The notes below the pieces were generated by a model. That model did not search any database, was not told the DNA's origin, and saw only the letters and a list, made by a program, of their open reading frames with translations. The position numbers were made by a program, and so were the translations under genes. Source: an uncultured Gaiellales bacterium (GTDB lineage: Bacteria; Actinomycetota; Thermoleophilia; RBG-16-64-13). Taken from it: a stretch of 55,349 bases of DNA. The stretch spans positions 1-55,349 of the forward strand of contig CAZWAR010000006.1 in the NCBI GenBank assembly GCA_964631965.1, in the 5' to 3' direction. Positions 46,947-55,349 of the stretch are shown here, piece after piece (the stretch's first letter is position 1; the number at the start of each line of letters is the position of its first letter).

Positions 46947-48779
46947 CTACTCCACGGTGACGGTCTTGGCCAGGTTCCGCGGCTGGTCCACTTTCTCCCC
47001 CTTGTACTTCGCTACGTAGTAGGCGAACAACTGCAGCGGCACGACGGAGAGAAGCGGGGCCAGCATCTCGTCGGTATGAGGCACGAGAAGGATCTCGTCC
47101 GCCATCCCCCCGAGGGTCCCGTTCCCCTCGGATCCCACAGCGATCACGCGCGCGCCGCGGGCCCGCACTTCCTGGACGTTCGAGACGAGCTTGTCGTACA
47201 CGCGGCTGTCGGTCGCCACGACGAGAACCGGCGAGCCCTCCTCGAGCAAAGCGATCGGCCCGTGCTTCATCTCGCCGGCCGCGTAGGCATCGGTGGGGAT
47301 GTAGGATATCTCCTTGAGCTTGAGCGCGGCCTCCAGGGCCACGGGCAGGCTCATGTTGCGCCCCAAACAGAGGAAGAAGCGGCTGGTGGCGTACTTCTTG
47401 GCCACGTCCTCCACCCGAGCCGCGGCGCCGTCCTCCAGGTAATCGCGGAGAAGCGCGGGGATGCGCCGCAGTTCTTCGGTGAAGTCCCGCACCTGCTCGC
47501 CCGCCAGATGCCCGCGTTGATCGGCGAAATAGAGGGAGAGCAGCAGCATCGCGAGCACCTGGGTGAGAAAGGTCTTTGTGGCCGCCACCCCGATCTCCAG
47601 CCCGGCGCGGGTGAAGAGGACGCCGTTCGCTTCCCTGGTGGCCTGCGATCCGACGATATTCGTCACGGCCAGCACCCGTGCTCCCGCCTGGCGTGCGAGG
47701 CGCATGGCGGCCAGGGTGTCGGCTGTCTCCCCCGACTGGCTGATGGCAATGCAGAGGGAATCAGGGCCGATCACCGGATCACGGTAGCGGAATTCGGACG
47801 CGACCTCTACCTCGACAGGGATGCGGGCCCAGCGCTCCAACGCATACTTGCCCACCAGCCCGGCGTGGTACGACGTGCCGCAGGCGACGATGATCACCTG
47901 CCTGATGGACCGGATGACATCCGGATCGAGGCCCAGTCCGTCCAGCACCACCCGCCCGTCGGGGCCGACACGCTCGGCGAGGGTATCGGCGAGGGAGGTC
48001 GGTTGTTCGTGGATCTCCTTGAGCATGAACGTCTCGTAACCGGCCTTCTCAGCAGCTTCCTCGTCCCAGTCGATGATCTGCGTATCCCGGGAGACGACCC
48101 GGCCGTCCAGATCGCAGATCTCCACGCCCTCCCGGGAGACCACGACTACGTCGCCGTCTTCGGGAAAGATGACCGTCCGGGTCTCCGCCAGGAAAGCGGG
48201 GATCGCGGAGGCCAGGAAGTTCTCCCCCCGGCTGAGACCCACCACCAATGGGGTCTCCTTGCGGACGCCGACGATGACGTCGGGTTCGTCCACCGCGACG
48301 GCGCAGTAGGTGAAGTGGCCGTCCATCTGCCGGAAAGCCGTGATCACGGCATCGCGCAACGACCCCCGATAGGCCCGCTCGATGAGGTGGGCCACGACCT
48401 CTGCATCGGTCTCGGACGTGAAGGTATGGCCCTCCGCCTGCAACTCCGCCCGCAGGCTGAGGTAGTTCTCGACGATCCCGTTCAGAACGATGGCGAACCT
48501 GCCATTGCAGTCTGTGTGCGGGTGGGCGTTCTCGTTGGAGGGCCGACCATGAGTGGCCCAGCGCGTGTGGGCGATACCGACTGTGCCCCCGTCACCAAGA
48601 TGAGAGAGCACCCGCTCGAGATTGTCGAGGTTGCCGACCGAATGAAGAAGCTTGAAGTTCCCCTCGTGGACTATCGAAATACCGGCGGAGTCATAGCCCC
48701 GGTATTCGAGCTTCCGGAGACCGCGGAAGAGGATATCCCGGCATTCCCTGTCTCCGACGTACCCGATGATCCCACACAT
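46947..48779 (-). CDS. glmS: Glutamine-fructose-6-phosphate aminotransferase
   Basis: MCGIIG N-terminal Cys, LEYRGYDSAG, HTRWATHG, SQSGET, PRNLAKTVTVE; ATG 48779 after GGAGGT. Confidence 0.97.
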   Translation of the reverse strand: MCGIIGYVGDRECRDILFRGLRKLEYRGYDSAGISIVHEGNFKLLHSVGNLDNLERVLSHLGDGGTVGIAHTRWATHGRPSNENAHPHTDCNGRFAIVLNGIVENYLSLRAELQAEGHTFTSETDAEVVAHLIERAYRGSLRDAVITAFRQMDGHFTYCAVAVDEPDVIVGVRKETPLVVGLSRGENFLASAIPAFLAETRTVIFPEDGDVVVVSREGVEICDLDGRVVSRDTQIIDWDEEAAEKAGYETFMLKEIHEQPTSLADTLAERVGPDGRVVLDGLGLDPDVIRSIRQVIIVACGTSYHAGLVGKYALERWARIPVEVEVASEFRYRDPVIGPDSLCIAISQSGETADTLAAMRLARQAGARVLAVTNIVGSQATREANGVLFTRAGLEIGVAATKTFLTQVLAMLLLSLYFADQRGHLAGEQVRDFTEELRRIPALLRDYLEDGAAARVEDVAKKYATSRFFLCLGRNMSLPVALEAALKLKEISYIPTDAYAAGEMKHGPIALLEEGSPVLVVATDSRVYDKLVSNVQEVRARGARVIAVGSEGNGTLGGMADEILLVPHTDEMLAPLLSVVPLQLFAYYVAKYKGEKVDQPRNLAKTVTVE

Positions 48780-48798
48780 CAGAACGAGACCTCCATTC

Positions 48799-49803
48799 TC
48801 ACCGGTCGGCGAGCTCCACCCGTACGTAGGGTGAAGTCCAAGCCGCGACCAACGCCTCATAGGCGGGAAGCATCTCAACTACCGAACCGACGGCCGGCGG
48901 CTGGACACCGGCGACGACCTCGACCACTAAGTAATCGGCCGACCGGCCGACCTCGAAAAGTCCGGGCTCGCGGAAGCGGATGACGCCCGCACCCAAATCC
49001 TGCCGTCCGATCCCCAGAACGAGCCTCTGGGCCCGTCCCTGTTCGGCGACCCTAGTATACGCTTCGAGCACCTCCGCTCCGATCCGGCAGGCATCGCGGA
49101 CGCACCCGGGCAGGGGTTCATAGAAAAGGGCGTCCTGACCCAGAAGAAGGGCCTCCCCGCAGCGGAGTTCTGTCATCTCATCGGGCAGCACCTCGTTGCG
49201 CTTGAGCAGCCAGAGCACACTCGAGTTCCCACCGGAGACGCGTCGTACGTCGTGACCGGCGCCACGAAGCGCGCGGGCGGCGTCGGCGACACCCCACACC
49301 GAGTGTTCGATACCGAAGGACTGGCCTTTGAAACAAGCGTAGTTGGTGGCCACGCCTTCCAGCGCGAGGCGGGGCTCCGCCTCGACGACGGCCGCCAGTT
49401 CCAGCAGTTCCTCGGGCGGCACGCCTTCACGCTCGTCGCCTGTGTCCAGCTGGATCATCACCCGGCGCGGCGCTCGCGCCGAGCCGAGCGCCGCCACAAC
49501 CCGCGCGTGCGCGGCCGAACTCACATAGCAGAGGTCTGCGGGATCGAAGGACCCCCTCAGCGATGGCAGATGGATGCGGTGCAGTTCGGCGCCGGGCAGC
49601 GCGGCACGCAGGAGGGCCAGGTTCGCGTCGCGGGTGTCGGCAAGGGCGACCGCACCACCGGCCAGCATCGCGTCGGCCACGGCCGGTTCTCCCAGGCACC
49701 CCTTGGTCACTCCGACCAAGGCCAGGCCCCGGCCACGAAGCATGGATACGACGGCCTCCGTGTTCCGGCCGATCGCTCCCACGTTCACTCGCAACTCAGA
49801 CAC
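48799..49803 (-). CDS. Alanine/ornithine racemase family PLP enzyme (Orr/YhfX-like)
   Basis: GVTK (PLP Lys), DTGDEREG, TNYAC, SGGNSS, RCGEALLLG, IGRQD, TSPYV. Confidence 0.85.
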   Translation of the reverse strand: MSELRVNVGAIGRNTEAVVSMLRGRGLALVGVTKGCLGEPAVADAMLAGGAVALADTRDANLALLRAALPGAELHRIHLPSLRGSFDPADLCYVSSAAHARVVAALGSARAPRRVMIQLDTGDEREGVPPEELLELAAVVEAEPRLALEGVATNYACFKGQSFGIEHSVWGVADAARALRGAGHDVRRVSGGNSSVLWLLKRNEVLPDEMTELRCGEALLLGQDALFYEPLPGCVRDACRIGAEVLEAYTRVAEQGRAQRLVLGIGRQDLGAGVIRFREPGLFEVGRSADYLVVEVVAGVQPPAVGSVVEMLPAYEALVAAWTSPYVRVELADR

Positions 49804-49856
49804 GGCGCCCCCTCGATCACCCCTTCCCGTGAGACGCTCGGACTCACAGGCTCACA

Positions 49857-49893
49857 AGACAAAGAGAGGCGAGGGAGAGTTCTCCCTCGCCTC
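49857..49893 (-). terminator. Intrinsic terminator after rpsI
   Basis: 13-bp stem GAGGCGAGGGAGA/TCTCCCTCGCCTC with T-rich tail on the minus strand. Confidence 0.75.
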
Positions 49894-49917
49894 CCGTTTC
49901 CCTTACGTCAGAGAGTG

Positions 49918-50310
49918 CTAACGCTTGGAGAACTGCGGGCGCTTGCGTGCCTTCTTCAGGCCGGCCTTCTTCCGCTCGACCATACGGGCGTCGCGGGAGA
50001 GGTGACCCGCCCGCTTCACTTCGGTCTTGAGCGACGGGTCGGCTTCCACGAGGGCGCGGGCCACACCGTGCTTGAGAGCGCCCGCTTGACCGGACTTGCC
50101 TCCGCCCTCGATCTGGGCGATCACGTCGTAGCGCGCCTCCGTGCCGGTCTCCACCAGGGGAGAGCGCACCATGAGGGTGAGAGTCTGCCGGTTGAAGTAC
50201 TCCTTGACGTCCTTGCCGTTCACCGTGATGGTGCCGGTCCCCGGCATGAGCCGGACCCGGGCGACGGCCGTCTTGCGCTTGCCGGTCGCCGCATAGATTA
50301 CTGCTGCCAT
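49918..50310 (-). CDS. rpsI: 30S ribosomal protein S9
   Basis: [31 protein letters not shown]. Confidence 0.97.
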   Translation of the reverse strand: MAAVIYAATGKRKTAVARVRLMPGTGTITVNGKDVKEYFNRQTLTLMVRSPLVETGTEARYDVIAQIEGGGKSGQAGALKHGVARALVEADPSLKTEVKRAGHLSRDARMVERKKAGLKKARKRPQFSKR

Positions 50311-50732
50311 GGCATCTCCTCGGGCTTCTGGGCTGCATGGGGATGCTTGGGCCCAGCGTAGATCTTCAATTTGCCAAGCTGCTGAGCGGCCAACCGGTTC
50401 TTGGGCAGCATGCCCTTGACCGCTTTGCGAAGCACTTCAGCCGGGCGCCGCTCGATGAGATGGGCGAGCGACTCGGCCTTCAGGCCACCCGGGTACCCGG
50501 AGTGCCGGTAGTACACCTTTTGATTCATCTTGTCGCCGGTGACGGCGATCTTCTCCGCATTGACCACGACGACGAAGTCCCCGGTGTCGGTATGGGGAGT
50601 GTACTGGGGCTTGTTCTTGCCCCGCAGGACTATGGCGATCTCAGACGCCAGCCGGCCGAGGTTCTTGCCGTCCGCGTCGACGACCCACCAGTTGCGCTGT
50701 ACTTCGCCGGGTTTCGCCGAATAGGTCTTCAC
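50298..50732 (-). CDS. rplM: 50S ribosomal protein L13
   Basis: [32 protein letters not shown]. Confidence 0.97.
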   Translation of the reverse strand: MKTYSAKPGEVQRNWWVVDADGKNLGRLASEIAIVLRGKNKPQYTPHTDTGDFVVVVNAEKIAVTGDKMNQKVYYRHSGYPGGLKAESLAHLIERRPAEVLRKAVKGMLPKNRLAAQQLGKLKIYAGPKHPHAAQKPEEMPWQQ

Positions 50733-50757
50733 ACTGCCTCCTTAAACGCGACCGCAG

Positions 50758-50786
50758 ATAATAGAGAGGCACGACGAAACTGTCAA
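50758..50786 (-). promoter_or_regulatory. rplM-rpsI promoter
   Basis: TTGACA-17-TATTAT. Confidence 0.8.
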
Positions 50787-50828
50787 GGCGGGAACCCGCC
50801 TTCCGTGCGGCTTTTTCCCGCCCCCAGC

Positions 50829-51479
50829 CTACTCGGGTGAGACTTCGGCGAGCTTCTCTACCGGCTCAGCGACGAAACTGGCGAACATGACGTCCAGCCA
50901 GGCGCCGGAGATCTCCGGATCGAGGAAATGACTGAAGCCCATCGTCTGGGAAACATCGCCGGCGAACGCGAAGCCGGTGATGAACCAGGCGACACGCTCG
51001 GAGTCCACGTGGGCGGGGATCTTGCCTTCCGCCTTCCCCCGCTCCACGATCTGGACGAATTCCTTGAGCGTATCCAGGTGCTTGGCCGCCAGCGTCTCGC
51101 GCAGTCCTTCCCCCGGCGCGCCGGCAACGAACTCGAGAAGCAGCTGGGCGTGATGACGCTCGCCTTGGCCGCTCCACAGTTCGATGTGGTGGTCGCAGAT
51201 CTCTCGCAACCTCTCCAGGGTGTTCTCGTTCGACCGGGTCATCCGGGACGCATAGATGCGCTCGTAGATGACATCGAGCGCTGCAAGGAGGATCTCCTGC
51301 CGGCTATGGAAGTGACTGTAGAGAGAAGCCTGCCTGATTCCCGCCCCCGCTGCGATGCGTGACATGGTCACGCCCTGCAGACCATGTTTGGCGACTAGAT
51401 CGAGGGCTACCTCGACTATCTGTCGCTTTCGCGCGGTCGCTGTCATGCGCGGTGTGAAACGGGTCGATTCGTCGCTCAC
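50829..51479 (-). CDS. TetR/AcrR-family transcriptional regulator
   Basis: RKRQIVEVALDL..HGLQGVTMSRIAAGAGIRQASLYSHF HTH; start GTG 51479 or ATG 51446. Confidence 0.92.
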   Translation of the reverse strand: MSDESTRFTPRMTATARKRQIVEVALDLVAKHGLQGVTMSRIAAGAGIRQASLYSHFHSRQEILLAALDVIYERIYASRMTRSNENTLERLREICDHHIELWSGQGERHHAQLLLEFVAGAPGEGLRETLAAKHLDTLKEFVQIVERGKAEGKIPAHVDSERVAWFITGFAFAGDVSQTMGFSHFLDPEISGAWLDVMFASFVAEPVEKLAEVSPE

Positions 51480-51588
51480 GTTGATCCCCAAACAGAGATG
51501 AAGGCACAACCGGTCGATTCACGGTAGCACGCGATTCGTAACGTGCGGAGAATCGGGTGGTCTGCGCCCGGCAACGCCGGGGCTTGCC

Positions 51589-51648
51589 TTGACAAACTAT
51601 CGTACGCTCGCTAGTTTACAGCATCGGAAAACTGTCGACCGGTAGTTT
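51589..51648 (+). promoter_or_regulatory. Promoter TTGACA-17-TAGTTT with two AAACT...AGTTT palindromic operator candidates
   Basis: -35 51589-94, -10 51612-17; palindromes at 51594-51617 and 51629-51648. Confidence 0.7.
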
Positions 51649-51781
51649 AGGCGCGCCGCGACACGGCGTCCTGACTGGACAGGACCAGCCCACGAAGGCG
51701 CGCGGCCCTCCCTGCTGTCCTTGCCTCGGTGGTGCTGCGTCTCCCTGCCGGTCGCTCAGCAATGAAAAGGGAACGAGGGCG

Positions 51782-54364
51782 ATGAACATGGGCGGGATCC
51801 GCCGTTACACCAACCTGACGACCGGTGGACCGGTGCACGTGGACGTGGAGGACGGCAAGATCGTCCGTATCATCCCCCTGCAGCTCCACGAGAGCGACGG
51901 GCCGACCTTTACCATTCGGGCTCGCGGCCGCGACCACACCCCGCCGAGACGCACCACCCTCTCGCCCTATACTGTGGCCCACAGGTCGACCATCTACTCA
52001 CCTTCCCGCATCATGACGCCACTCAAGCGGGTGGATTTCGACCCCGAGGGTAAGCGGAACATCAACAAACGCGGCGAGTCCGGCTACGAGCCCATCAGCT
52101 GGGACGACGCTCTCGACATGGTGGCCAACGAGATCATCAGGCTCAAGCGGGAGTACGGGCCGGCGGCCATGCTCACCACGACCGGTTCCCATCATCTCTG
52201 GGGTAACGTGGGCTACCGTTTCAGCGCCTACAACCGCTTCATGAATCTGGTCGGCTATACCTATGCCGAGCACAACCCCGACAGCTGGGAGGGGTGGCAG
52301 TGGGGCGGCGCCCACATGTGGGGATTCAGTAACCGCCTCGGTATCCCGGAGCAGTACGACCTTCTCGAAGACGCCCTCACGAACAGCGAGATGATCGTGT
52401 TCTGGTCGGCAGACCCGGAGACGACCGGCGGCGTGTACGGCTCCTTCGAAAGCACCATCCGGCGTGACTGGCTCAAGCAGGCCGGCATGAAGATGGTCTT
52501 CATCGACCCATACTACAACCACACGGCCGGCCTCATCGGTGACAAGTGGTTCGCCCCCCGTCTCGGCACCGACGTCGCGATGGGCCTCGCTATCGCCTTC
52601 GTGTGGCTCACCGAGGGGCTGTACGACAAGGAATATGTCGCCGCCCGCACGCACGGCTTCGAGGAATGGAGGGCGTACGTGCTGGGCGAGAGCGACGGCC
52701 AACCGAAGACCCCTGAGTGGGCCGAGGTCGAGACCACCATCCCTGCGCGGGAGATCCGGGCGCTGGCTCGGGAGTGGGGCACCAAGAAGACCATGCTCTC
52801 AGCCGGAGGCATGGGAGGATGGGGCGGCGCCTGCCGGGCCGCCACCGGCAACGAGTGGACCCGCACCATGATCGCCCTGGCAGCCATGCAGGGCATGGGG
52901 AAGCCGGGCAGCAACATCTGGTCCACCACGTCGGGCGCTCCCTTCGACCGCTCCTTCTGGTTCCCGGGTTACGCAGAGGGCGGCATATCGGGCGACTTGG
53001 CGGGCACGGCTGCCGGCATCCGCTTGGCCCACCGCATGTGGCCCGACGGCGGCACCTTCTCCAACCCGCATCATTCGCCCGAGGGTCAGATCGTATCCCG
53101 CCTTCGCATCCCCGAGGCCATGCGCCACGAGAGCCTGGAGTGGAGGGCCAAGGGCTTCTGCGGGGGCTCCATCGAGTCCCAGTTCACCAAATACCGCTAC
53201 CCGGCCCCCGGCTACCCCCACGTGCAGATGTACTACCGATACGGTGGCTCCTTCATCGGCACCATGACCGACACCAACCGCTACGTCCAGGCCTATCGGG
53301 ACGGCAAAGTGGGCTTCGTGGTCAACCAGTCCGTCTGGATGGAGGGCGAAGCCCGGTTCGCGGACATCATCCTGCCGGCCTGCACCAACTTCGAGCGATA
53401 CGACATCGGCGACTGGGCGTACGCGTCCGGCTACGGGGCCAACAAGTTCGATCAGTGCAACCATCGCACCATCGTGTTCCAGCAGAAATGCATCGAACCG
53501 CTGGGCGAGTCCCGCTCCGACTACGACATCTTCGCCGACCTTGCCACCCGCCTCGGCGTGGGCGACATCTATACGGAGGGCGGGCACACCGACCTCGACT
53601 GGGTCAAGCGCATGTTCCACGCCAGCGACCTGTCAAAGCGCGTCTCCTGGGAGGAGTTCGAGGAGAAGGGCTACTACGTGGTGCCGGTCCCGCAGGACCG
53701 TCCCTTCACGCCGGCGCTCCGCTGGTTCGCGGAGGACCGGGTGAGAGACACCCCGGACGGCTCGCCGGTATGGGACCAGGTGAAACGAAAAGGCCTGCAG
53801 ACGTCCTCGGGCAAGATCGAGTTCGTCTCCTCGAGCCTCACCCGCTTCTACAAGACCGACGGCGAGGACCCGGAGCGGCCGGCCATGGGCCCACAGTACA
53901 TCCCGAGTTGGGAGGGACACCGCACCACCGAACTGTACGGCAAGTACCCGCTGCAGATGCTCTCACCGCACGCTCGATTCAGCTTCCACACCATGGGCGA
54001 CGGCAAGGGCTCCTGGACCAACGACATCAAGGACCACCGGATTCTCAAGGAAGACGGCCACCACTACTGGATCCTGCGCCTCAACTCGAAGGACGCCGAG
54101 GCACGGGGCATCAAGGACGGGGACGTTATCCGGGCCTATAACGACCGGGCCGAGGTGCTCGTGTGCGCTCAGGTGACGGAGCGAGTCCCGCCGGGTTGCG
54201 TTCACTCCTACGAGTCCTGCGCCGACTACTTGCCGGTAGGAGAGCCGGGGTATTCCGCGGACAAAGCGGGCTGTGTCAACATGCTGACATCGCACCGGTT
54301 CATCACTCCGACGTCGACGGGCCAGGCGCCCAATTCCTGCCTCATCGAGGTGGAGAAGCTCTAG
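51782..54364 (+). CDS. DMSO-reductase-family bis-MGD oxidoreductase, pyrogallol hydroxytransferase large-subunit (AthL)-like
   Basis: TGGPVHVDVEDGKI, SHHLWGNVGYR, HNPDSWEGW, GGWGGACR, PGYAEGGISGD, ADIILPACTNFER, HSYESCA; no Tat signal or N-terminal Fe-S motif. Confidence 0.9.
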   Translation: MNMGGIRRYTNLTTGGPVHVDVEDGKIVRIIPLQLHESDGPTFTIRARGRDHTPPRRTTLSPYTVAHRSTIYSPSRIMTPLKRVDFDPEGKRNINKRGESGYEPISWDDALDMVANEIIRLKREYGPAAMLTTTGSHHLWGNVGYRFSAYNRFMNLVGYTYAEHNPDSWEGWQWGGAHMWGFSNRLGIPEQYDLLEDALTNSEMIVFWSADPETTGGVYGSFESTIRRDWLKQAGMKMVFIDPYYNHTAGLIGDKWFAPRLGTDVAMGLAIAFVWLTEGLYDKEYVAARTHGFEEWRAYVLGESDGQPKTPEWAEVETTIPAREIRALAREWGTKKTMLSAGGMGGWGGACRAATGNEWTRTMIALAAMQGMGKPGSNIWSTTSGAPFDRSFWFPGYAEGGISGDLAGTAAGIRLAHRMWPDGGTFSNPHHSPEGQIVSRLRIPEAMRHESLEWRAKGFCGGSIESQFTKYRYPAPGYPHVQMYYRYGGSFIGTMTDTNRYVQAYRDGKVGFVVNQSVWMEGEARFADIILPACTNFERYDIGDWAYASGYGANKFDQCNHRTIVFQQKCIEPLGESRSDYDIFADLATRLGVGDIYTEGGHTDLDWVKRMFHASDLSKRVSWEEFEEKGYYVVPVPQDRPFTPALRWFAEDRVRDTPDGSPVWDQVKRKGLQTSSGKIEFVSSSLTRFYKTDGEDPERPAMGPQYIPSWEGHRTTELYGKYPLQMLSPHARFSFHTMGDGKGSWTNDIKDHRILKEDGHHYWILRLNSKDAEARGIKDGDVIRAYNDRAEVLVCAQVTERVPPGCVHSYESCADYLPVGEPGYSADKAGCVNMLTSHRFITPTSTGQAPNSCLIEVEKL

Positions 54365-54433
54365 CGGTCGACTCGCGGGGCGGGACTATTCGTTCGGACT
54401 CGCGCCAGGCCTCACGGACTTGGCAGGGTTATC

Positions 54434-54473
54434 GGGGCGGCGCGCCGAGGGGGGAACGGGCGTCGCCCCTTTT
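54434..54473 (+). terminator. Intrinsic terminator after the molybdoenzyme gene
   Basis: GGGGCGGCGC...GCGTCGCCCC stem then TTTT. Confidence 0.6.
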
Positions 54474-54501
54474 GCCGGCTCGGGCGCCGGCTCACCGGCG
54501 A

Positions 54502-55311
54502 TCACTTCTCCCGGCTCTCGTCGGGACCGGACAGCAGCGAAGCCCGGCCGGCGTCGAACCGGTCGTTCATCTTGATGACCTTCTCCAGCAGCGCAATCTC
54601 ACTGTCCAAATCGAGGAGATCACGCTCCACCAGCACGGCGCGTTGAGCGTCCAACGCCCGTTGTACGCCCGACAGAGCCGCCTTTGCCTGCTCCATCGTC
54701 GCAACCATGTCGGGCGTGCGGTTCTCCCGACCCGCCAGCTCCTGGTAGCCTCCCGCAATCGTGAGCGACGCGTCGAGATAGTACGTGAAGAACTCCCGGG
54801 CAGACTGCATCCTCTCAGGGTGGTTGGTGAGCTCTGCGATGATCTCGTTCCCGCTGATACATAGGCGCCTGATGGCCTCCCTCACCTCCGGATCCACAAT
54901 GCCGCCGCCCAGGTGTTGCAGTCGTCCCACTTTGTCTCGCGCTTCGCGTAGGGCTCCGGCAACGCCCTCCGTCAGTTTCCCGTCCGGTATGAGCAGCACA
55001 GGAGCAGGCGCCAGCCGGGGGAGGCCGGGCGCGGACCCGGACGGCGGGTCTCCGAACATGATCGACCGATAGCGCGGGCGGATGATGAAGCCATGGACCA
55101 CAGAAACGGCAGCGACGAACACCTGTAGACCGAGCGCGTACCAGACGTAGCCGGTGCCGAGCGAGGCGATGAACAGCGCCAGCGGGACCGCATAGACAAG
55201 TCCCCAGAGCACCCACAACACGCGGCGGGCCCGGACCCCCACGTAGACTCCCAACGCGCCAACAGAACGGGACACAACTTGGGGGGCGAGGAACAGAACG
55301 GGACACAACAT
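54502..55311 (-). CDS. XpaC-like (5-bromo-4-chloroindolyl phosphate hydrolysis family) membrane protein; 5' end uncertain
   Basis: FFTYYLDA..YQEL...DLLDLDSEIALLEK; N-terminal TMs; frame stays open to the window edge. Confidence 0.75.
   Translation of the reverse strand: MLCPVLFLAPQVVSRSVGALGVYVGVRARRVLWVLWGLVYAVPLALFIASLGTGYVWYALGLQVFVAAVSVVHGFIIRPRYRSIMFGDPPSGSAPGLPRLAPAPVLLIPDGKLTEGVAGALREARDKVGRLQHLGGGIVDPEVREAIRRLCISGNEIIAELTNHPERMQSAREFFTYYLDASLTIAGGYQELAGRENRTPDMVATMEQAKAALSGVQRALDAQRAVLVERDLLDLDSEIALLEKVIKMNDRFDAGRASLLSGPDESREK
55261..55309. repeat. Perfect 18-bp direct repeat, two copies
   Basis: AACAGAACGGGACACAAC at 55261-55278 and 55292-55309, 13-bp spacer. Confidence 0.9.
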
Positions 55312-55349
55312 CGGTGGAAGCCGGGAAGTGTCGGGGAGACCGTTGGGTA

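Noticed and set aside
48780-48798. glmS ribozyme
   Set aside because: Only 19 nt between the upstream stop and the glmS start
51650-51781. Moco/Tuco riboswitch upstream of the molybdoenzyme
   Set aside because: Conserved elements as I recall them not recognisable; kept only as an unassigned structured leader
51782-54364. Selenocysteine or Tat export of the molybdoenzyme
   Set aside because: No in-frame TGA, the predicted Mo ligand is Ser (DSW), and no twin-arginine leader
55261-55309. CRISPR array
   Set aside because: Two 18-bp copies with a 13-bp spacer; too short and no cas genes

Overview
GC-rich bacterial chromosomal window, almost all core housekeeping genes on the minus strand: guaB; recO/deoC/dgkA/ybeY/HD/phoH/yqeY/HIT; rsmE, S41 protease, ftsEX, prfB (intact +1 programmed frameshift), secA, hpf, comF; mtnA/ahcY; LCP, murA; the F1Fo ATP synthase operon; glyA, prfA, thyX, rpmE; glmS, rpsI/rplM. 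Gene order and protein style suggest a deep-branching, probably anaerobic actinobacterium (Thermoleophilia-like); this is inference only. No rRNA, tRNA or CRISPR array was seen. Accessory elements are an IS256 transposase fragment fused to a membrane anchor at the left edge, a BrnT/BrnA toxin-antitoxin pair, and, at the right end, a TetR gene divergent from a pyrogallol-transhydroxylase-like molybdoenzyme with no adjacent Fe-S subunit and two palindromic operator candidates. Most notable: (i) three nucleoside-catabolism homologues (DeoC, Cdd, PNP) each lack key catalytic residues while keeping open frames; (ii) the orphan transhydroxylase-like module; (iii) a tRNA nucleotidyltransferase with the loop deletion typical of CC-only enzymes; (iv) PrmC-TsaC and AcpS-NnrE-NnrD fusions; (v) an ornithine/lysine-racemase-family gene in the usual glmM slot. 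All family calls come from motif recognition by eye, and reference residue numbers are recalled from the literature; none was checked by database search.
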